A stretch of 63,877 bases of DNA, filler included, from Collodictyon triciliatum (Eukaryota), in the NCBI GenBank assembly GCA_043381765.1. It is 12 parts of 12 records of this genome, joined end to end, with 100 filler letters (N's around TTAATTAATTAA, not from the genome) between each part and the next. Parts side by side here need not be neighbours in the genome. Positions count along the whole stretch, not along the records: positions 51,827 to 56,920 come from JBHJMP010005501.1; positions 57,021 to 62,103 come from JBHJMP010005502.1; positions 62,204 to 63,877 come from JBHJMP010005625.1; 9 more parts are not named here. One strand, written 5' to 3'. This document shows positions 56,183 to 63,877 of the stretch, one piece after another. Position 1 is the stretch's first letter; every line of letters starts with the position of its first letter. The notes under the pieces were generated by a model that worked only from the letters and a program-made list of their open reading frames with translations, had not been told where the DNA came from and searched no databases. The position numbers and the translations under genes were made by a program.

Positions 56183-57131
56183 TAACCTCCATATTACTGT
56201 CTCGTCAATCGCTTGTTCTTGCTTTTGAATTGCACGATGCTAAGTGGCATTAGAGTGTCTGTGTTGGATATTTGAACCAACTACCAATCAAAAAAAAAAC
56301 TGGTATTTCATTCTTGAGAGTAACCGAGGATAACGCTGCTACTTTTTCTCCCACCGCAGATTAAAATAAAATTAATCATCTCGACAGAAGAAAAAAATTA
56401 GGGCAACGAGGTTGTTAGTGATGCAATATGACGAGGTGTATTTGATAAATAATAGTTTCCCTTCCTCGAGTAGGAATATAACGATATTCTGCTTCTTTGT
56501 TTGTTTTCCTAGTGGCATTCAGACAATGTGTTGATGAATCACTACGCATTCGCAACGCCAACGATATCGCCACCCTGAGCGATTAAAGGACAAGTGGGGA
56601 ATAAGAAAAAGTCCAAGAAAAATCCAGTTTTGACATATATTCAAATTGCAACGGAGAAACGCGCGACAAAGCAAATCTGCGAAAAAAAAATTCCAAAATG
56701 GACATGAAAATCAGGCTTTTGTTTTCGGTTTTTGATTTGTTATTTTTGTTTTTGTTTGTTTTTTGTTTGTTTTTTGTTTGTTTTTTGTTTGTTTTTTGTT
56801 TGTTTTTTGTTTGTTTTTTGTTTGTTTTTTTTTTTTTTTTTGTTTTTTTTTTTTTTGTTTTTTTGTTTTTTGTTTTTTTTTTTTTTTTTTTTTGTTTTTT
56901 GTTTTTTTTTTTGTTTTTTTNNNNNNNNNNNNNNNNNNNNNNNNNNNNNNNNNNNNNNNNNNNNTTAATTAATTAANNNNNNNNNNNNNNNNNNNNNNNN
57001 NNNNNNNNNNNNNNNNNNNNTGTTTTATTATTGTTTTATTATTGTTTTATTATTGTTTTATTATTGTTTTATTATTGTTTTATTATTGTTTTATTATTGT
57101 TTTATTATTGTTTTATTATTGTTTTCTTTTG

Positions 57132-60100
57132 CTATATTATTTTGCATATTGTCTTTTGAATAGTCTCCTCTATATTCTGCCCCCGTTCCACTTGAACATG
57201 ACTCAGATTTTCGCGTGCCTGCTTTCGAAGCTGTTCCTCCTGAATCAACGCCGCCTCGTGACGAAGAAGTCTACGTTTGGCCCGCTCAACCCGTTCGTTC
57301 TTCATTAGAAGATTAAAATAAATGAATAAATGAATATGCGAATAAGCAAACGGCGAACAGGAGGATAAGACTTCGACGTAACTGAAAAAAAAAGAAAGGA
57401 AAAGATGAAAAGACAAAAAAAAAATAATAGAATACAGATTCATAGAAGGAAAACATAGAAAAGGGTGTTAAGATAAAAAGAAACACAGACCTCTGCAGGC
57501 GTCTCCATCTGCTGGTTTTTGCGGTAGACTGTTCTTTCTCTTTCTCCTTTTTCCTCTACCGGCTTTGCTGGAGACTGGAGTGGGCTTTGCTTTTGGAGAC
57601 TGAAAAGGGTTGCAGGGCCAGGAAAATGGAGTAAGAGATGAGTGTTTTTTTAACTGTTTTTTTTTGACTCATTTTTTCAATGTCTTTGTTTTTTATTTTG
57701 CAATGCCACTCGTTGCTTTGCTCTTGCTTCATGCCTTTGTGAATCTCACAAGCCACGCGGTCTGTAGCGCAGGCGTGCTCGATCGTTTAAGTTGTTTTCT
57801 GATACGATTGCGTGATGATCAAATTAACGGAATCCTGATATGGTATGAAGAAGCAGTTCTATTTTATACCTTTCAACATCTCTTCCCATTTCCCTTCTTT
57901 TCTGCTGAGGTGTTGGCTGTTCATATCGAAGCGATGACATTGGTCAGAAAGGAGAAATATTGTTGCAAAAGCTTGAGGTTTCATGCGTTCTCATCAAAAA
58001 AAAGTGTTGACGATGCCAAGTATCATAATTCTGGTTTCGTTTACCGCTGCTTTTACTGTATGTTTTCGCTGTTTAACCTGCTACCTTTTTTTTTTCTTAT
58101 TTTGTTTTATCGGTTTCCCACTTTCATCAGCTACTTTTTTTAATGCTTTTACTTTTCTCTCTTTTTTTTTTTTTTTTGGTACATTCATTCATGCTTTGGA
58201 CATAACACTCCTGTAGCCTACAGAAACCAACTGAGAAATGGAGTGTACTCTAATCACTCTCGATGCGTGGTATTGATGCGAGATGAATATTGTGTCGCGG
58301 TGGTGTGACTTGGGGCGTGGAGGAAAAACTCTTTTCCAGCAAAACGTGTGGTGGGTTTGGAAGTCTGGAATTGCGGTCGCGAGACTCCAACACTTTGTCC
58401 CAGTACTCAAGAAGCTTTCTGAATTCCTCTGTATCTTGGCGCATGCCATCCAACTTTTCGCGCGATGACTTCAAGTGGCCTAGGTAGGGAATGAGAAGAA
58501 AAAAGAAGAAAAAGAAATGAATGATTATTAGCAACGTTTTTGTTTCTTTCAATTTTAAGATGTTAGTGTGATGAAAGACTCTTTGTCCCCAATATCACAA
58601 TTACTAGGATATTTCATTCCGTCACTTGATTAATGTATTGCTATTATTATTACATTATTTTGTGGGTGATTTTGATGAAGATAAAATTAAAATAGGAATA
58701 CTGTGGAAATATCTCAGTTCTGGGTGCTTTGGTGGACTTTGGTTGCTTTGAATCAAACTGGAGAAATTCACACTACTCGCTTGGGTCTGAGTTTGATTCA
58801 TTCTGACTCTTGATGACGATTCTGGGATGTGTGATGTCCTTGATTGCAATCCGCTCCTGTCGACAGGCTCAGAGTTGAATGAGAGAGCCGAGGATACACG
58901 TGAGCCTCCATCCCCTCGAGAATGCCTGATTCAGGGAAAGCACTTGAATATATGATGCTATATGCCCCAGAACAAAACATATATATCACCCATATTCTTC
59001 GACAACATGGTGCAATCCGTTTTAATATATATGTTATCAGCGTACTTGGAATCGGGACGTGTTGAGTGGCTAGACTCGCTCTTGTATCCAGAGGGCTTCG
59101 TTGTTTAATATTACATGCGTTAATGTTTGGGTAAATGTGATGAGCAATGATAAAAGCAGTACCTTTCCTTCGCGTCCTTGTTGAGTTTGAGCGAGAGCTA
59201 AACCTATTTTGTCAATAATATAAATAAAAAAAATTAAAAAAAACTGACAAGGACTGAAGTTTCTAATGTAAATGAAAGAGTTGTAGATGCACCGACCAAT
59301 AACTACATGCCAGTTGGAGAGTGTCTTTAAAAGAAAAAAACACTTTGAGGAAATATACTAGAATTTGGCCGTGTGACTGGTCCGTCTGAGGTTTGAATGT
59401 TTGCAAAGTAATCTGACATGAATCGATGATAGCGCTCTCTATTAATCGGTCGGGTTCTAATCCCAAACTTTGGTTCCCCAAAAAGTCCACCTCGCTTACA
59501 TCGATTAGCAAAAAAAAAAAAAAAGTGTTTACTCTTTGACATGTTACAAATGGGCTCCAAAATAATGTCCTACGTTTGATGCAGAGCTTCCAGGTCGAGT
59601 CGGAATATAATCATCTAGTATGTAAAAGTGTCGTTAAAAATATTGGCGAATTAGATGGGCAATTTTTTCTAAGATAAATAAAAGCATATGCTTCACAAAA
59701 TAAATAAAAACAAAAATCAATATTACCAAAAGCTAGACCCCGCATTTGACGAGCACGAAATGGGTCGATGGTAGGTGGCAAATAAGGGGCTGTTCGAATC
59801 TTCCCTTTCTTTTCATCCTCTAGGTACATATTGGGTTGTAAGGGAAATTGAAAGTATCTTTCGGGATGATTATATCATGGAAGAGATTAATTATAAAATA
59901 AGTTTATAGGAATCACCAAAAAGTTGGTGCCCGTCGGGACTGCTGTAAACTCTGTGAACACCTTTTTGCCCTAAATACTCTCTCTCCTAGAATAAGATAT
60001 ATTTTACGCAACAATTGGTGATGTTACTTGAAGTATCAATTGCGTGTGCAGATAATCAAATAAAAATAAAAAAATATCCACATGTATAAACCAACTCTTT

Positions 60101-61945
60101 TTTGCTCGATTTCCCTCATTATGTTTTCGATTTCGAGTTTATTCTGGTGGGTTCTTCGCTCATGGTAATCGGGTGATACAAAGTATTCCTATGTTATTGA
60201 TTATGTACTAATTTACTCTCGCGTAGATTGATTAGTAATATTTTGAAGTGCAATTGAATAGATTGGAAATGTAAATTATTTTTTCTAATCGTACACTCCT
60301 CGAAGCTGTTTGATGAGGTCGAGCCGTTATCGGTTTTTTATACATTTGCCGGGATGATGAAAATACAGAAAATTTTAGAAATGGAATAAAAGAGATATGT
60401 GGGATACTTTAAAAAAAAAACCAAAATGAAAACCTTCGGCTGTGGAACGAGAGGCGACGAGTTTCGTTTCTTCATGAATTCGCTCGATAAACATCAAATA
60501 CCTAATGCACACATCAACTGGTCTCATCTTATGAATATCTCAAACACAAGCAAACAACTCGAGAGCAATATATTATGGTTGTTTTGTTGGGATAACCCCG
60601 AATCATGAAATCATCGCGATAATGTAGAATTACTCCTGTGGATTTGTCGATTCAGTCCAAATATCTGTGATTTCATATAATGATTCAAAGAACATGTCAA
60701 ACGACATTGCTGGCATTCCCTTGGAATCAGATACCCAGTCCTCCTGTCAATCAGAATATCAACACCATGGTATGAACAAAAATAAACTATTCAAATTTTG
60801 TGATGGTGTACCCCTAAACCCATCAATACGGATAAATAAGTAAATAAAAAAATAAAAAAAAGAGGATTGTTTCTTCTCTATGAATCATGGTGTGCAGAGA
60901 AAAAGATAAAGTATTGTTGGCACAAACCTCTGCACTTTGTACCCACTCTGCCTCATAAGAGGGACCTACCAATAGTCTACAATAAAGCGGGTAGTCATTG
61001 ATTATTCTTCTTTTCTAGAGAGAAAGCAAGAAATACGAACCGGAATAACATTCTATGGAATTCGAGGTAATCGGCTTTTTCAAGGTTTCCCTCCTTATTT
61101 ATCTTTAGATATTTCCATATCTACCATTGGTTTTATTCCACACGGCATGTGTGTTTCATTTATTAAAATTGGGTACCATGTGGTATGTTTAATTTGAAAA
61201 CAAAACGTGTTTGTTGTGCATCATATCGGATTCTTATCAGAAAATAAGAGCAAATAACCATCAACCTTGTTAGAATTTGAGTTTACCTTTTTGACCGTCT
61301 TGACAAATTTCAGATTATATCGGATTTGAAGTCTCTTCTCCACCTTCTCTGGCAACACCTGCGGCAGAATGCAATAAGAAAAATTAATACAAGGGGAGAA
61401 ACTTTGTCGGAGTTAGAATGCAAACATATAAATGTAGTCAAAATTCTATCAAATATGAAGAATAGAACAGCAATCAGAAAGATTTGAGTATGAAAACCAT
61501 GTTCGGATCTGCTTGTTTAAAGTAATCGGCTTCGTATCTCCTGGATGGCTCTGCATCGATTTCGTTTGCCTCTAAAAGTTTTTCCAATTTCGTTTGCTCC
61601 TCCTTGCTCTTTTCTGAGATGACAAATAGAGGTACTTAAAGTCAGAATATATTGATTTGAAGTGCAATTTTTCTATTTATTTTAAAATAGGGAAGAGTCC
61701 TTTTTTTCTTTCAAAACTGTATATTAGAATCAATTTTTATATATTGCAACAATATTCTCAAGCAAATATATAATTTCAGCGCTCAAGCATGGAAATTAGA
61801 ATGGAAATTAGCATGAAACTGACCTTTCGCCTTCTGGGATACTTTAGCCTTCTTATCATCTACTTTTTTCTTGACTACTTTTGTGCCTCTCTCGCTATCA
61901 GAATCAAGTTCGGCATTGTTATGGGCATATTTTTCTATCATCCTA
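57132..61945 (-). CDS. Uncharacterised multi-exon protein(s) with an EF-hand-like region and coiled-coil C-terminal part
   Basis: Exons INKEGNLEKADYLEFHRMLF and EDWVSDSKGMPAMSFDMFFESLYEITDIWTEST (60634-60743), and coiled-coil ERVERAKRRLLRHEAALIQEEQLRKQ. May be more than one gene. Confidence 0.45.
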
Positions 61946-62031
61946 GGGTAAAAGTTTCATAGTAAGAAATAAGCCATAAATTGAAAAGTATGAAAAATCA
62001 GTTTTGTGGGTTTATGAACCTTTTGGAAAAA

Positions 62032-62103
<72 letters not shown>

Positions 62104-62292
62104 NNNNNNNNNNNNNNNNNNNNNNNNNNNNNNNNNNNNNNNNNNNNTTAATTAATTAANNNNNNNNNNNNNNNNNNNNNNNNNNNNNNNNNNNNNNNNN
62201 NNNTAAAATAATTCAACATACTATACTTTTTTTTTTATCCTTTTCCTTTTTATTTTTTTTTTTTTTTCTTCGTTTGGTTCCTTTAATTATTC

Positions 62293-62326
<34 letters not shown>

Positions 62327-62363
62327 ATTTGATTTATTTCAGTCAATTTTTCTTTTCTTTTCC

Positions 62364-62421
62364 CTCCTTTTCAAAAGAATTTTTTTCCTTTATTCGATTC
62401 AAAGCTCCTTTTCAAAAGAAT
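62364..62421 (-). mobile_element. Ultra-short stem-loop retroposon with perfect 17-bp TSD
   Basis: CTCCTTTTCAAAAGAAT (62364-62380 and 62405-62421) flanks T6-CCTTTATTCGATTCAAAG (62381-62404). Confidence 0.78.
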
Positions 62422-62506
62422 ATTACCATGTAATTCCAAGTGATGATTGTGAATTTAATTACTTTCTCCCTTTTATTAAAAACAACAACTATCTTTCTAC
62501 TTCTAG

Positions 62507-63020
62507 ATTTGAGGAGGCTCTTGATAATTACAGAAAATGTTTAGCACTGAAAGAAAAGACTCTAGGCTCCAGACATCCAGATGTCGCAACTATATATGGC
62601 AACATCGCCTCTGTGTGTGAACAACAGGAAAAGTAAGTTACTCTTCCTCACCTCCTTTTTTTTCATGTTTTTTTATTATATCGGATTATATCACAGCTAA
62701 AATGACTCTTTTATAAAATAGCCTCATCAAATCTCTGTTTCTTTTCTACGTAAAGGCTAGATGAGGCATATGACCTGTGGAAAAAGTGCTTGGATATTCG
62801 CATGGGGATATTGGGACCCAATCACCCGTTCACCCAAGAAGCTCAATCCCAGTTCGATTCGGTAGAGGAGAGGCTTCAGAAACGACCAGCATCAGCGCCC
62901 CCTAGTGACGGGCATTCCAGTGACGGAGAAGCTTCTCATCAAATCATGGAGCCTGCGGAATCTGAGGATGATGCCTTATCTACTGCCGATGAAAAAATCA
63001 ACGAGGTAGATGAAGCATAG
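62507..63020 (+). CDS. C-terminal exons of a kinesin-light-chain/NPHP3-type TPR protein, 5' partial
   Basis: FEEALDNYRKCLALKEKTLGSRHPDVATIYGNIA|LDEAYDLWKKCLDIRMGILGPNHPFT..., with an acidic tail and TAG stop. Confidence 0.85.
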
Positions 63021-63230
63021 AATTTTGAATAAGCACACCTTGATTCTCTATTAACGAGGGAATTAAAGGATGAAATAAAACCATCTGGTCCTCCGATAAA
63101 CAAACAGTGTCTCATTCTATTTTATGTTTGTTGTTAAATGATAATCATTTCCCGAAAAATGAATTGACAGAGCATTGAGGGTATATCCCTAGGTCACATA
63201 AAGAAAGTATCAACCTTCAATCTTCGATTC

Positions 63231-63267
63231 CTTTGAATCGAATAAAGGAAGAAGAAGAAGAAGAAAA
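63231..63267 (+). mobile_element. Ultra-short stem-loop retroposon, plus-strand copy with (AAG)n tail
   Basis: CTTTGAATCGAATAAAGG followed by AAGAAGAAGAAGAAGAAAA. Degenerate flanking duplication ACCTTCAATCTTCG / ACATTCAATCTCG. Confidence 0.62.
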
Positions 63268-63877
63268 CATTCAATCTCGGTCGCTTGGCACAAAAGCTCA
63301 CAGCAAAACCTAATCAACCCGTGGGGAAAGTTTGCCACTGCATCCTCTACGAGAAAATAAAAAAGAAGCTAATTATGATATTATCACACTAATCAGTCAG
63401 ACACCACACGCCCATAAAGACCGGTAACCAAACAAAATCCCAGATGAAAACAAGACAATAGTAGAGAAAAGAAACGAAAAGAAAAGAAAAAGCCACAAGA
63501 GCTGAGCGTCCTTGAAATGCCCACCGCGACATAACCCGCGGAAATGGTTTGTGTTTGGCTTGGAAATATGTATGTGCCTTGAATTTTTCCGAACAAAAGG
63601 AGGCTTTGTCTCTTGGCTGGTGCAATACAACCGAAGCAGAAGGAATCCCCACAAAGAGCAGAGCGAACACAGACGTCTGTTCAACACAACGAAGCAGCTC
63701 CACGATCAATGGTGGTCACTGTGGATTCCCTTCGTGCACTCAAACACTTTTGAGCTAATTCGATGGGGCAGACAAACAGAGACAGATAATAAAATAAAAT
63801 AAAATAAAATAAAATAAAATAAAATAAAATAAAATAAAATAAAATAAAATAAAATAAAATAAAATAAAATAAAATAA

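Overview
AT-rich, intron-rich eukaryotic DNA, most likely from a flagellated protist, using the standard code (TAA, TAG and TGA all act as stops). The window is an artificial concatenation of unplaced ~5.1-kb contigs joined by 100-nt N44-TTAATTAATTAA-N44 linkers, so adjacency across linkers has no biological meaning. Most contig ends fall in simple repeats. Spliced host genes: ARMC3-like (ARM + EDR1-like), alpha-SNAP (3' part), a two-domain membrane class III cyclase with a degenerate-looking active site, an NPHP3/TTC41-like DUF4062-NACHT-TPR protein, an ankyrin protein, leishmanolysin (M8), a Kelch-CUB-EGF-TM-TKL receptor kinase, a complete 6-exon ATP-dependent PEPCK with a mitochondrial-type presequence, an XK-related membrane protein, a kinesin-light-chain-type TPR C-terminus and several unknowns. 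Two mobile-DNA signals stand out. (1) A full-length but pseudogenised Fanzor1 (eukaryotic TnpB-derived RNA-guided nuclease) at 6278-8179, with all RuvC/zinc-finger motifs readable. (2) A dispersed, ultra-short (~25-40 nt) retroposon-like insert: an 18-19-nt stem-loop core (C)CTTTGAATCGAATAAAGG plus an A/AAT/AAG tail, flanked by 12-17-bp target-site duplications in the clearest copies, found in several unrelated contigs. All calls come from reading motifs by eye; no database searches were run.
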